DNA of 64,000 nt from a virus. Its lineage: Duplodnaviria > Caudoviricetes. A program made the translations under genes and the position numbers. The stretch spans positions 160,001 through 224,000 of the IMG/VR virus record IMGVR_UViG_3300014000_000001; one strand, 5' to 3'. Every line of letters begins with the position of its first letter. Within the stretch, counting starts at the first letter, position 1. The notes beneath the pieces were generated by a model. The model saw only the letters and a list, made by a program, of their open reading frames with translations. It was not told the origin of the DNA and ran no database searches. Positions 40,338 through 50,666 of the stretch are shown here, one piece after another.

Positions 40338-40552
40338 GTGATCCTAATATAAGGCAAGATGGTTATGTTGTGGAATGAGATGAGTTTGTAAGCCATACCC
40401 CATATCTGTTGCTTGATTCCGTGCCAAAATTACCACGACTCACTTTGTTAAATATAGCCTTGTCGTTGTGTGGGTTAATGTCTTCAACTCCACCTAAATC
40501 TGTTTTGATTTATACACCAACAGGAAAGCTCGTCCAACCTAATATTTTATGA
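40334..40552 (+). pseudogene. Small ORF interrupted by in-frame TGA
   Basis: GGAG RBS and ATGA overlap; MSDPNIRQDGYVVE*DEFVSHTPYLLLD...VQPNIL*; fills the otherwise empty gap in the operon. Confidence 0.45.
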
Positions 40553-40577
40553 TTAAGTGAGTGTAGGTAAAAAACAA

Positions 40578-41309
40578 ATGGCATATGTCCTGTTAAATAA
40601 ACAGGTGTTTAAAGTGGATGACGGTTACCTAGATGAACCTCTGGATAACACTTATTCACTTTACCCTTTAGGTTCTGATGAAGAAGTAGGTACCATGCGT
40701 GCTGATGTTCTTCAACAGATTGGATTTAAGATTAACCCTTGCTTTGCAGGAATCTTTGAAAAGCGAGTCTATGCTCAAGCCCTTAAAGAATATCAAAGCA
40801 TAGACATTCGCGTGGTGTTGCGATTAGTGGTGAATAATGAAAACTTCATCCATTATGTAATTGGTCCAGTACTTATGGACGATATCGCTATCCGTGAAGG
40901 TGGGCAATATTTTGCCTTCAAAGATGATAGTGACGGTAACCCTATTCTTTTTGGTGCGGATACAGGGTTGTTACTTGGTCAATATTTAAAGAATGATATT
41001 ACTGCATGTAATAACAAAGGTTTAGTGGTGCTACACGATGCATACTTTGAGGCAGCCATTGCGAAGCTCAAAGAAATTCACTTACTTCATGATGTTTGCA
41101 TCGATTCTCAATTATTCTCAATTAAGAAAGATCCAGCAACTGTCATTCCTCCAGTGGGTGAGGATGAAGCACACCATGGACCACACTGTAAATGGTGTAT
41201 AGAATTAGGATTAAACGGTAATCATGATTGGAATAACGATGGCAATATCTACGATGATCCAACCCACACCACTCATTCCCATTATCAACGTTTAACAAAA
41301 TGTAATTAA
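40578..41309 (+). CDS. Hypothetical protein with His/Cys-rich tail
   Basis: ATG 40578 after AGGT (track start GTG 40557). Confidence 0.7.
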   Translation: MAYVLLNKQVFKVDDGYLDEPLDNTYSLYPLGSDEEVGTMRADVLQQIGFKINPCFAGIFEKRVYAQALKEYQSIDIRVVLRLVVNNENFIHYVIGPVLMDDIAIREGGQYFAFKDDSDGNPILFGADTGLLLGQYLKNDITACNNKGLVVLHDAYFEAAIAKLKEIHLLHDVCIDSQLFSIKKDPATVIPPVGEDEAHHGPHCKWCIELGLNGNHDWNNDGNIYDDPTHTTHSHYQRLTKCN

Positions 41310-41323
41310 TCTAGAGGTTTGTC

Positions 41324-41524
41324 ATGGCGCGTTATTATAAACCTATTCCCGAGAGTATTTCCTTTCTTGATTTCAAAGGTGGGATTTACGAAGCTTTGGA
41401 AAATGGCCCTGTTAAAGTTTCTGTAAGGAAAGTACCAGTCTTTGTTGCAATTAAGATTAATGAATATGAAGATTTAATTCAAGAGTTAGAAGAGCTACGC
41501 GCTAAACAAACCGAAGGCGTATAA
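41324..41524 (+). CDS. Phd/YefM-like antitoxin (orphan)
   Basis: SISFLDFK..IYEALENGPVKVSVRKVPVFVAIKINEYEDLIQELEEL follows the Phd/YefM pattern; AGAGGT RBS. Confidence 0.6.
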   Translation: MARYYKPIPESISFLDFKGGIYEALENGPVKVSVRKVPVFVAIKINEYEDLIQELEELRAKQTEGV

Positions 41525-41526
41525 CA

Positions 41527-41556
41527 AAGGATGGATGCCCTAGGGCATCCATCCTT
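41527..41556. terminator. CCTAGG-centred perfect palindrome (30 bp)
   Basis: aaggatggatgccct|agggcatccatcctt. Confidence 0.72.
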
Positions 41557-41577
41557 ATCTATGTTAAATTCAATAAA

Positions 41578-41602
41578 TTTCAGATATATATTATCTAACT
41601 GA
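41578..41602 (+). promoter_or_regulatory. Putative early promoter, copy 4
   Basis: tttcagATATATATTATCTAAcTGA, one mismatch from copy 1. Confidence 0.72.
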
Positions 41603-41642
41603 ACAATAACGTTTATTTAGAATTATTCTTAAAGAGGTTATC

Positions 41643-41864
41643 ATGATACTATTTCTATCGAAAAAAGAAATGAACTCTATTTCTCAATTTTTAACAACGA
41701 AGGGGTTAGATCCATTAGAGTATATGGATTTAGATTCTGAGAGTGGGGTATGTGGTAGATTTGATGTGGAAGTATTTAAGGGTCATGATGACTTGATACT
41801 TGTAAATGAAGATTCTGTAAGGATAGTTGGTTTAGGTACCTTTTATCCTGAAGATGAAGATTAA
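41643..41864 (+). CDS. Small acidic early protein
   Basis: 73 aa, AGAGGT RBS, sole gene between a promoter and a terminator. Confidence 0.72.
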   Translation: MILFLSKKEMNSISQFLTTKGLDPLEYMDLDSESGVCGRFDVEVFKGHDDLILVNEDSVRIVGLGTFYPEDED

Positions 41865-41898
41865 AAAAAGAAGCTCCCTAGGGAGCTTCTTTTTTTTT
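41863..41898. terminator. CCTAGG-centred perfect palindrome (34 bp), bidirectional terminator
   Basis: aaaaaaagaagctccct|agggagcttcttttttt; A run and T run flanks; between convergent genes. Confidence 0.85.
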
Positions 41899-43170
41899 CT
41901 ATGCTGGTTTTATAAATTCTAAAGTAAGCCATTGGTTGCGCATAGCTCGGGATAGATAAGGTGTGCTTTCAGCCACAGTAATTGGTCGATAGCGCCAAGG
42001 AGCAGTATCCCTGATGTTCACCTTACGTTCAACATATTCAATCGGAGTAATAAAAGCATGTTTCTCATTCATGAATGGATGTTTACTTACTCCTTGATAA
42101 AAGTATGGTGTGAAACGTCCAAATTCATCAATCATTGGACGATAGGCATACTTAGTATCGTAATAACGCCCATAGATTGAACCGTAGAGGGTAGGGGCTT
42201 TCCTAACCGCCATATAAGGTCTATCTACCACAATAGCAAATGATTGACTCATACGCAGTACAGAGAGAATAAAAGCATCTGATAAAAGATACTCAATCGA
42301 GATAGGATTAACCCGATAATCTCGATCAGCAAGCATGAGTTCTGGAAACTCTAAATAATGCGTAGCTAATTGAATCCGATCAATGAAATTAATCCGAGAT
42401 AAGTTCAACACCACCTTACCTAGATCCTCATCCACAATTTGAATGGCATCACGAGAATAAATCAAATGCCCTGCAATAGAAAACATTAAACTTTTATCTT
42501 TAAGATCAATACCTAAATCTAAATAACATTCTTGATAATAAGAAATATCTGAATGAGTTTTAAGTATCTCAATATCTTTAAAACTTCTTAAATCAACCCC
42601 GCCAACATTAACAAAAGATAAAACCCCAACTTGATTCATTTTTGAATGTAAGATACTTTTTGTTGCATCGGTAACTTTCACCCCTTCTTTAAATTCAGAA
42701 TGTAGATGCAAGTAACCATTAATACTAAACACTACCGATTCTGCTAAAAGAGTACTATCTACCATGTCTTTAGTTAAATAAAGATCATGCAATGAACTAA
42801 GCGGATATCCTGAAATAGTTGAGGTTGGATGTACTGCTTGTTTTTTAAACCCAGCTTGATAGGCATCTGCATAACGCATAACACCAAATTCATATTCAGG
42901 CTCAGTCTTAATTGTGGGAAGAATCCTACTTCCGTTAATGCTTAACCACTGTTTAACAGTTGTGTCGAATGAGGTTAGATTTAAGTTGGTTTCTTTCATT
43001 ACTTTTAAAGGAAGAAATAACTCTCCTGGAAGATCAGTATTACTTAAAACTAAATACCCATCAGAATAGGTTTTATAAAGGTTTGAAATAGATAAATCAC
43101 CCACATCAACTTCATTAAATCCAGTGGGTTTTTTTGTTGCGAAAAGTACAGCGGTGACTAAACTATACAT
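41899..43170 (-). CDS. phiKZ-like virion structural protein
   Basis: 423 aa; MYSLVTA start, RYADAYQAGF, VFSINGYLH, GVLSFVNVG and LRMSQSFAIVVD motifs recalled from phiKZ-like structural proteins; divergent from fibre genes. Confidence 0.6.
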   Translation of the reverse strand: MYSLVTAVLFATKKPTGFNEVDVGDLSISNLYKTYSDGYLVLSNTDLPGELFLPLKVMKETNLNLTSFDTTVKQWLSINGSRILPTIKTEPEYEFGVMRYADAYQAGFKKQAVHPTSTISGYPLSSLHDLYLTKDMVDSTLLAESVVFSINGYLHLHSEFKEGVKVTDATKSILHSKMNQVGVLSFVNVGGVDLRSFKDIEILKTHSDISYYQECYLDLGIDLKDKSLMFSIAGHLIYSRDAIQIVDEDLGKVVLNLSRINFIDRIQLATHYLEFPELMLADRDYRVNPISIEYLLSDAFILSVLRMSQSFAIVVDRPYMAVRKAPTLYGSIYGRYYDTKYAYRPMIDEFGRFTPYFYQGVSKHPFMNEKHAFITPIEYVERKVNIRDTAPWRYRPITVAESTPYLSRAMRNQWLTLEFIKPA

Positions 43171-43263
43171 ATATTTACACCTGCGTATGTTATGAAATGG
43201 TCATCCTAATCATATCAAATGACATAAAGAGACCGCTATTATAATTTGCTCTCGGAGAGAATC

Positions 43264-45066
43264 ATGGCTAATATTGGCTACCCTTTAGATGAACTGGGGA
43301 CAAATCCAGATAACAAAGTTTTTGAAAGACGTGTTCTTACTGCAAAAGTGATTGATGGTCGTTGTTTCATGATTCCGAAAGTCACCCCATTCTTTGCAGA
43401 CGGTTTGAGTATCACAACAGGTACAACAACACTCATCCGTGACGTTGATTATCAATTAATCCTACATTCTCCAGAAATGGTTGAGCGTTTAGATAAAGAT
43501 GTTTATGCTGGTATTTTGTTTCACAAACTTACCTTGAACCAGATTGTAGATTTGAACTACCAAACTCCAGGTGGGGATTTTAACCTACCACTTGGACATA
43601 CTGCTGAAAACCTTGCTCGTTTGATGCGTAACCCACTTTATACAACTTTCTCACAAATCACTGGAACGCCAGCAGGGTTGCCAACGTTTTCACATATTGA
43701 AGACTGGAGTGCGGTGCAAGACTTTGGCGATTTAGTTAATAAGATGAACCTTATTTATCTAGCTTTGCTGGCTAAAGGTACTGGAGGTTCAGGTGGTGAT
43801 GGTTCAATATTCTTACAAGCATTACAAGATCACATCAATACAACAGGGCAAGCTCACACTAAAGAACAAGTGGGTTTAGGGAATTTACAAAACTATCCAG
43901 TAGCACAATACACGGATTTCAATGGACCAACTTATCCAATAAATCGATATGTGACACCACGAACAGTGATGTATGCAATCAACTTATTTATTGGTGATGC
44001 CATTGATAAAGTGAAAACTCAAATCTCAGATCTTGAAGCACTATCACAACAAACCCAATCTGATTGGAATCAATTACAGTTAGAGTGGAATGATTTAAAG
44101 ACTACGCTTAATGCGGTAAGTCAGAATTATCAACAAATGGTTCAGCAAGTTCAAGGATATCAACAAAATCTCGTCCAGTTAAATCAAAACTACGCAACGG
44201 TGATTCAGAACCAACAAACTTGGACACAAAAATTACAAGAAATCAACACCACGATGTTGGAGTATTCTCAAGACTACGTTGCGGTTATCCAAGCAAAAGA
44301 TCAATTGATTATTGAATTTAACGCATTGAAACAAGCTTATGATAGTTACGCTCAGTCGATTACAAATCTAACCAATGGGTTATCTAGTGCAGTTGCTCGA
44401 ATTACAGGGCTTGAAAAACATGCTCTTTATCCACAAACCAAAGTGATTACTCAAGGTTCTTACAACTTTAAAATCAAAGCAGGTGAGAAGTTTGAGATTA
44501 CCTTAATCGGTGCAGGTGGTGGCGTCGGTGAATATATCACGGATCCCCCTTCTCTATCTGCGATCATGAATGGTGAACATGGCGGTTCTACAAGCTTCTG
44601 GTGCTTACAATCAGACAATGGTGAATATACCCCAAATAACAAAGCGATTGCTGTGGCTGAAGGGGGTTTCGGCGGTTGCTCTAGCTATGGTAATGTTTCA
44701 GGTACTGTCTCTTCTTGGGGCATTGGTGGTCGTGGAGGTGCGTTTGAGGTACAACAATCCTTGATTGAACCTATTGAATTATCCAACGGTGAAGGTGGGT
44801 TAAAAGGTTATGGGGATTTCAATGCAACGATCTCTACTCAAAACCAAGGCTATGAATACTTCGGAACAAAGTGGGGTAAAGGAGCATTAACAAATAATGC
44901 GGTTGGTCAAGGTGGTGAAGGTGCAATCGCTTCATTCCGCTACGAAAACAAAACCCAAAAAGAATTAGATTTTCAGGTTGTCGTTGGTGTACGCGGACGT
45001 TCTTATAATCCGAGCAAAAACAATGCAACTGGCGGGTTAGCCATCATTAAGAAAATCACAACATAA
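43264..45066 (+). CDS. Tail fibre protein (phiKZ gp145/146-type N-terminus, coiled coil, Gly-rich C-terminal domain)
   Basis: ATG 43264 after GGAG; YPLDELGTNPDN, PFFADGL, H..TKEQVGLGNLQNY motif, Q-rich heptads, TLIGAGGG / AVAEGGFGG / VVVG.RG glycine-rich domain. Confidence 0.75.
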   Translation: MANIGYPLDELGTNPDNKVFERRVLTAKVIDGRCFMIPKVTPFFADGLSITTGTTTLIRDVDYQLILHSPEMVERLDKDVYAGILFHKLTLNQIVDLNYQTPGGDFNLPLGHTAENLARLMRNPLYTTFSQITGTPAGLPTFSHIEDWSAVQDFGDLVNKMNLIYLALLAKGTGGSGGDGSIFLQALQDHINTTGQAHTKEQVGLGNLQNYPVAQYTDFNGPTYPINRYVTPRTVMYAINLFIGDAIDKVKTQISDLEALSQQTQSDWNQLQLEWNDLKTTLNAVSQNYQQMVQQVQGYQQNLVQLNQNYATVIQNQQTWTQKLQEINTTMLEYSQDYVAVIQAKDQLIIEFNALKQAYDSYAQSITNLTNGLSSAVARITGLEKHALYPQTKVITQGSYNFKIKAGEKFEITLIGAGGGVGEYITDPPSLSAIMNGEHGGSTSFWCLQSDNGEYTPNNKAIAVAEGGFGGCSSYGNVSGTVSSWGIGGRGGAFEVQQSLIEPIELSNGEGGLKGYGDFNATISTQNQGYEYFGTKWGKGALTNNAVGQGGEGAIASFRYENKTQKELDFQVVVGVRGRSYNPSKNNATGGLAIIKKITT

Positions 45067-45078
45067 TTGGAGTCTTCC

Positions 45079-48000
45079 ATGACTTTTGATCCAAGACATG
45101 AAATTGGAGAGGATTACGAGGGAGTGAGTCCTCGCCACTCCCAAGTTAACGAAGTTCGGGAATTCACCAACGACTCAAACACACGTTTGTTCATGCCCGA
45201 CTGTGGACCTTTCTATAAAAACTCTTTGAGTATTAAAAACATTGCCGATGGTAAACCACTTGTTCAGGATATTGATTACCGTTGTCTGATAATGGATGAC
45301 GTAGCTACTGAAAAATCAGGAAAAGAAGTATGTGGGTTTATCGAAGTACTTGATACTAACATTTCTTCTGTGATTTATGATTATCGGTTTGTTGGTGGTG
45401 GACATAGTACAGGTTACTTTGTTTTACGCCATCTTATGCAGATGTATCCAGATGGTATCAATGCAATCACTGAATGGTCAAACATCTTAAACCTACCTAC
45501 TGAATTTGATCCATCTTATCATACTCACCATGTACGTGAGATTTTTAATACTGAACAGATGTTAATTTGGTTAGAGCGTATTCGTTGTGGTGTGATTGAG
45601 TTCTATACCGAAAACTTTAAAGCTATTTACGATGCAGCTCAAACGCGTATTGATAACCTGTATAATAAGTTAGATACAGAATATGTTAAAATAACCAATG
45701 AAATTTTAGCGATATTTAATAAGTTAAAAATTCAGGGTGAAGAATATATTCTTACCGATAATGCGACCAATCCAGCAAGTGAGCGTGGTTACGGTAATTG
45801 GGTTCTCGTGAAGAACACCATTCTTTACGGTGCGGCAAATACCTTTGTGGTTGGTACAGGTACTTTGATGGCGTTGGGGTCAGAACAACTGATTCGTAAC
45901 ACCTATATTTGGAAGAACGTAGAAAACAAAACTCAACCAAGTTATAGCCTAACCGCTGATAAGCAAGCGATCAATGAAGGGGATTCAATCACCTTTACGA
46001 TCAAGGCTTTAAATACTGGAGTGTCCAGTATGGCGTTGGATTGGGAAATCGTTGGTGCGGATGCTCTAGATATTGTGGGTGGGTTAGCGACAGGTAAAGT
46101 AACTCTAACAGGTTCAAATGCGTCAACAGTCACAGTTACTTTTGCAAAGGATCGAAGAACTGAAGGGGATAAAACCTATTACTTCAAGATTCGTAACGTA
46201 GCTGACTTAGATGTTGCCTTTGTCGTGAACGATACATCGGTAACTCAAACTGTAGGATTGGAATTTCGCAAAACCAATATCGGCGCAGTGAGCTCAATTC
46301 TTGAAGATGATACGGTAACTCTTGCGATTAACACAGTAGGTTTTAATGGTAAGACACTTAATCTTACTTGGAGTGGTTTAACTAATGCTGACTTCTCACA
46401 ACCACCACCTACCAGCGTTGCAATCACGAGCAATACTACATTATTAGAGCTTAAAACTGTAGGTAACCTGAAAGCAGATGGCGATCGTATTTTGAAAGTT
46501 GAAGCGCGTGATGCTGCTGATACTTCTTACCTTGCTGCAAGTGCTCAGGTGTTGGTTAAAGATACCTCATTGAGTTTAGAAGCCTCTATTTCATTTATTG
46601 TTAATGGACTACTTACCACAACAGTCAATGAAGGGAATAATTTTAATATCCGCATCAATACTAATGGTGGTGTTGGAAGAAAGCTACGTCTTGAATACTC
46701 GAGTAATAAACAATTAACAGAGTTCTCTGGGTTACTTGAACAGGTAACCATTCAAACTGGTAATGTGGTTGAAATTACAGCTCAGCATCACGAAAACAAT
46801 GCAACTGCTTTGGTTCAAGAATACTTACGGGTTAAAGTATTTGATGTTAACACAAACATTCAATTGGATGATAAAATCCTACAGTTTAAGGATACTTCAC
46901 TTACACCAAATTACGTAAGTTATTTCTCTAGTGACGCCGCAGGTACGAATGAAATAACTGAGGTGAATGAGGGGTCTAAATTCTACTTTATCATGAAGGT
47001 AGCTAATTGGGTTCCTGGGGCTGATCTCCCTACCAATGACTTTAACTACTTATTGAATGGGGTTACTCAAACTCTTCCTAATCTTCAAGCACGAATTACA
47101 AATGGTTTTTACAACCGTTTAATTTTCGGAGGCACCAACAATAAAACAGGCGTAACTTGGAGTGGGGGTAATCAGTTAGCGATTGAATTTACTGCGGTTG
47201 CCGATCAAAAGGTATCTGGGGATACGGATTTCTCAGTACAGGTAAAACCAATTGCTGTAGCGAATTGGGAAATTACTCGCAGTATCCGAATCAACGATAC
47301 ATCAATAGCTGCTATCACAGCCCAGTGGTCATCAGCTCAAAATACATTAGTTCCAATCTCATCAATTGATGAGATGAATAGCGTTGGAGAAAATAAAACT
47401 GCTTGGTTATGGCTTGGAACAACTGGCGATTTACGTGGTTTAGGGGACTTGCAATTAGATGTCTCTGGTAATATCCAAGAAGATGACTTTGTAACTACTT
47501 TCCCAATCACGACTAAATTTACCGCAGTTAATCAAACCTTAAAAATCCCAGTCACCGTACGTGCAGATTTCACCACAGAAGGAACTGAGTCATTTACCTT
47601 AACTGCTTCGTATCAGACCAATAAAGGTTTACGTCGTAATTTTGCAAGTGCTTATCTTACTGTGAATGATAACTCAAATGAGCTACCATTGAGCGTAGCG
47701 CTTTCTGGGACGAATAATGATGTTGCAGGTTATAGCGAGTGGAAACCCATCACTGTAACAGTAACATCTGCAGTATTGGCTTACGCGACAAATGTAACAG
47801 CTTTGATCCAGTATGAAGATGGTTCTGATGCAACTGAGCGCTTTCAACAAATTGCATTAACTGGTAGCCATCCTGCAAACAGTTCCACTATGAATCTAAC
47901 TTTGATTCCAAAGGCGAATCGTAAAACTTATAGTAAGAATAACTTTAAGATTACGACCATCCGTAACCTTAGCGATGGAACACAAATTTCAACAGGAAAC

Positions 48001-50592
48001 ACTACACCATTTAAACTTAAGAATGACTCCACTCCACCTAGTGTGGTGATTGAGGCTTATAGTGATAGTGGGCGTACCACTCAAGCGACTAGCTTAGATG
48101 AGGGTAAAACCTATTATGGTCGAGTGAAAATCACAAACCCGAACCCTAAAACAGTATTAGCTGTAAACAACCCATTTGCTAGTGAAACGACGAAAACGGG
48201 AACAGAGAAATTCGTTGGGCGTGATCAAAATCTGGTGATTCATAGCACCTCTAATAAAGTTGCTAAGGTTATTAATCCAGTCAATGATTACACTGTGGAT
48301 ATTTATGATTTTAGTTTCAGTTTGGTAAATGATAGAACCACGAATTCCAATCAACGTTGGTTAAGGTTGGTGGCTTTAGCAGATACGGTGAACTCTTCAT
48401 TGGCACTTAATGCAGTTTATCCAAACGATGATGTTGTGGGTAATGCGGGCATTTACAGAGCTTTACTTGATTTGAAGATCAATGATATTTCTAAGACAGC
48501 AACATTAGGTTTCCAATATTTAAACAGCGGCGGTTCTTCTGTTACAACCCTCAATGAGGGAGATGTAATGAAAGTAAGAATGAATTACACCAATGCAACT
48601 GTTGGGGATCAATATTACCTAACATTAGATTCAACGTCTGCAGTTGATCTTACTCGGTTTGAGTATCACGATTTCGAAACTCGGAAAACAGCAACTGCAA
48701 CAAGTGGTACCTTAGAGTGGAGTTTTAAATTTCTAAATAACCGTTTTACTAACGGGGATAAGATTCTTAAAATTGACTGTATGAATGAAACAGGAAATAT
48801 CAAATATGATCTTCCTGATTTTACGTTAGTCGACACCTCTAAAACACCATCTATTGATATTAGTTGGGGTTATGAAAGTGCTTTAATTACCTCAGTAAAA
48901 GAAGTTACGAATAATAGCCCCTATACCATTACGGTGGTTGTTGATAATGCCACAAGTTCAGAACAAGTCACACTACAAAACATTGGTGGTAGACCATTAA
49001 CTGATTTTGCATCACATGAGTTTAATACCTCAAAAGCAACAACGTTAGTAAGTGATAATCGTTATCAAGCTGTGTTCAATTTCAAAATGAAACCGAACAT
49101 GAAAGATGATACAGTTAATACGATCAATGTACGTGCGACGACTTCCAGCTCACCAACTGTGACTAAGGATTCTAGTATTACTGTTTTAGACACCTCTAGA
49201 ACCAGAAGTATCACTAAAACTGAATGGAGAAATTCAGCCAGTCCAAACGGTGGAAGTATCATTACATCGGTAAACGAAGGCCAAGCTGCTTATCTTCATG
49301 TTTACACTACAGGTGGTGAGGACATTTACGGGTTAAAACTCACTAACAATGGCGGGCGTAGCGCTTCTCGTTTAGCGCAAGGAACGTACGATAGTATTGC
49401 CAATCGAACAGGTTCAGATACTGCGGCAGTAGTCTGGTATTTCAGTCCTGCATTAGATGGTCTTACTAACAATGGAGATGAAACTCGTTTACGGGTTAAG
49501 GTTGAAATCGCCGATGATTCCACTAAGAACATATCTGCAGAGTTACCTATCAATGATGTATCTGTGGATACCACTGGCGTGTTCTTAACTGGGAGTGGAG
49601 ACACTGTTGACGAAGGTACTGCTTACAATGTTGCTGCTCGTTTAGACCGTATGGCGGTTGGGGTCACTTTTAGAATGCGTGCGACAACAGCTCATGGGAT
49701 TGACTTATCAGGTTCTAGTGCGAACTGGAAGAGTATGGGAAGCGGAGTTTATCAATATGATTTCTCAACTTCAACTTATCAAGAAACTTTTAATGTGACT
49801 AATTTACCACTTAAAATTTCTGCAGATAGTAAAATTACTCCTAGTAATGAGTTGAGTATTTTATACGAATTAATTGATGTAACTAAGAACCGTGTACTTG
49901 CAACCCGTACGGTTACGATTAATGATACTTCTAAACCAAACCCAGAGTATAGTATTAAATTAGTTGCAACAAATAATGCGAATGCCCCAGCTATCAGTAG
50001 TATGAAAGAGGGGGAGACTGCTTATATTGTGGTCACTACAAAATACTTCACAGGTCAGTTGAATATTGCTTATAGTGGGCAAAGTAGCACTAATGCCAAC
50101 ACACCATTAGTACCACCAGATATGACTGCGACTCGTTATTTTGATATCACCGAGTATAATGGTCAATCTGTAGTCTTACCGTTTAGAACTCAAAAAGATG
50201 AAAGTTGGAACAATGGCGGTAACAGTACTATCGTGTTGAAGAATTCTAGTTTTAATTCTTTGGCTTCAGTTGGTTTCACTATTGTGGAAAACTCAATCCC
50301 TGCTTCATTTGGGTCAGTTTATTGGGCATCAGACGCAGCAGGTGTAAATGTACTCTCTAACCAAACCTGCAGTGAAGGTGATACAGTTTATTTGATTGCT
50401 AAAACTGTCGGAATGGAACCTGGAGTTCCAATCAATGTTAGTTGGGGTGGTTCAACCACTAATGCTGATGACTTCAGTGAGGGAAGTACCGCGTCACCTG
50501 TAGCACTTTATGTAACGAACTACAACGCTAATGACTTTACTGGCATGGTGGTGTACAAGATGACGCTTAAAAATGATCTACGTTTAGGTTAA
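45079..50592 (+). CDS. Long tail fibre A with 12 complete and 1 truncated Ig/Calx-beta-like repeats
   Basis: ATG 45079 after GGAG; shared fibre N-terminus, NP...GYG.W..YIW domain, repeats bounded by [VI]xEG ... [IV]xDTS. Confidence 0.78.
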   Translation: MTFDPRHEIGEDYEGVSPRHSQVNEVREFTNDSNTRLFMPDCGPFYKNSLSIKNIADGKPLVQDIDYRCLIMDDVATEKSGKEVCGFIEVLDTNISSVIYDYRFVGGGHSTGYFVLRHLMQMYPDGINAITEWSNILNLPTEFDPSYHTHHVREIFNTEQMLIWLERIRCGVIEFYTENFKAIYDAAQTRIDNLYNKLDTEYVKITNEILAIFNKLKIQGEEYILTDNATNPASERGYGNWVLVKNTILYGAANTFVVGTGTLMALGSEQLIRNTYIWKNVENKTQPSYSLTADKQAINEGDSITFTIKALNTGVSSMALDWEIVGADALDIVGGLATGKVTLTGSNASTVTVTFAKDRRTEGDKTYYFKIRNVADLDVAFVVNDTSVTQTVGLEFRKTNIGAVSSILEDDTVTLAINTVGFNGKTLNLTWSGLTNADFSQPPPTSVAITSNTTLLELKTVGNLKADGDRILKVEARDAADTSYLAASAQVLVKDTSLSLEASISFIVNGLLTTTVNEGNNFNIRINTNGGVGRKLRLEYSSNKQLTEFSGLLEQVTIQTGNVVEITAQHHENNATALVQEYLRVKVFDVNTNIQLDDKILQFKDTSLTPNYVSYFSSDAAGTNEITEVNEGSKFYFIMKVANWVPGADLPTNDFNYLLNGVTQTLPNLQARITNGFYNRLIFGGTNNKTGVTWSGGNQLAIEFTAVADQKVSGDTDFSVQVKPIAVANWEITRSIRINDTSIAAITAQWSSAQNTLVPISSIDEMNSVGENKTAWLWLGTTGDLRGLGDLQLDVSGNIQEDDFVTTFPITTKFTAVNQTLKIPVTVRADFTTEGTESFTLTASYQTNKGLRRNFASAYLTVNDNSNELPLSVALSGTNNDVAGYSEWKPITVTVTSAVLAYATNVTALIQYEDGSDATERFQQIALTGSHPANSSTMNLTLIPKANRKTYSKNNFKITTIRNLSDGTQISTGNTTPFKLKNDSTPPSVVIEAYSDSGRTTQATSLDEGKTYYGRVKITNPNPKTVLAVNNPFASETTKTGTEKFVGRDQNLVIHSTSNKVAKVINPVNDYTVDIYDFSFSLVNDRTTNSNQRWLRLVALADTVNSSLALNAVYPNDDVVGNAGIYRALLDLKINDISKTATLGFQYLNSGGSSVTTLNEGDVMKVRMNYTNATVGDQYYLTLDSTSAVDLTRFEYHDFETRKTATATSGTLEWSFKFLNNRFTNGDKILKIDCMNETGNIKYDLPDFTLVDTSKTPSIDISWGYESALITSVKEVTNNSPYTITVVVDNATSSEQVTLQNIGGRPLTDFASHEFNTSKATTLVSDNRYQAVFNFKMKPNMKDDTVNTINVRATTSSSPTVTKDSSITVLDTSRTRSITKTEWRNSASPNGGSIITSVNEGQAAYLHVYTTGGEDIYGLKLTNNGGRSASRLAQGTYDSIANRTGSDTAAVVWYFSPALDGLTNNGDETRLRVKVEIADDSTKNISAELPINDVSVDTTGVFLTGSGDTVDEGTAYNVAARLDRMAVGVTFRMRATTAHGIDLSGSSANWKSMGSGVYQYDFSTSTYQETFNVTNLPLKISADSKITPSNELSILYELIDVTKNRVLATRTVTINDTSKPNPEYSIKLVATNNANAPAISSMKEGETAYIVVTTKYFTGQLNIAYSGQSSTNANTPLVPPDMTATRYFDITEYNGQSVVLPFRTQKDESWNNGGNSTIVLKNSSFNSLASVGFTIVENSIPASFGSVYWASDAAGVNVLSNQTCSEGDTVYLIAKTVGMEPGVPINVSWGGSTTNADDFSEGSTASPVALYVTNYNANDFTGMVVYKMTLKNDLRLG

Positions 50593-50598
50593 ATAAAG

Positions 50599-50628
50599 AA
50601 TCCGAAGGAGCCTAGGCTCCTTCGGATT
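50599..50628. terminator. CCTAGG-centred perfect palindrome (30 bp)
   Basis: aatccgaaggagcct|aggctccttcggatt, TATG at 50632. Confidence 0.72.
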
Positions 50629-50666
50629 TCCTATGAACACATCTATTTACTAATAGAGATAAGACT

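Noticed and set aside
40376-40378. Genome-wide TGA recoding
   Set aside because: Long genes are intact in the standard code and several genes end at TGA (e.g. 40337, 60885, 62417).
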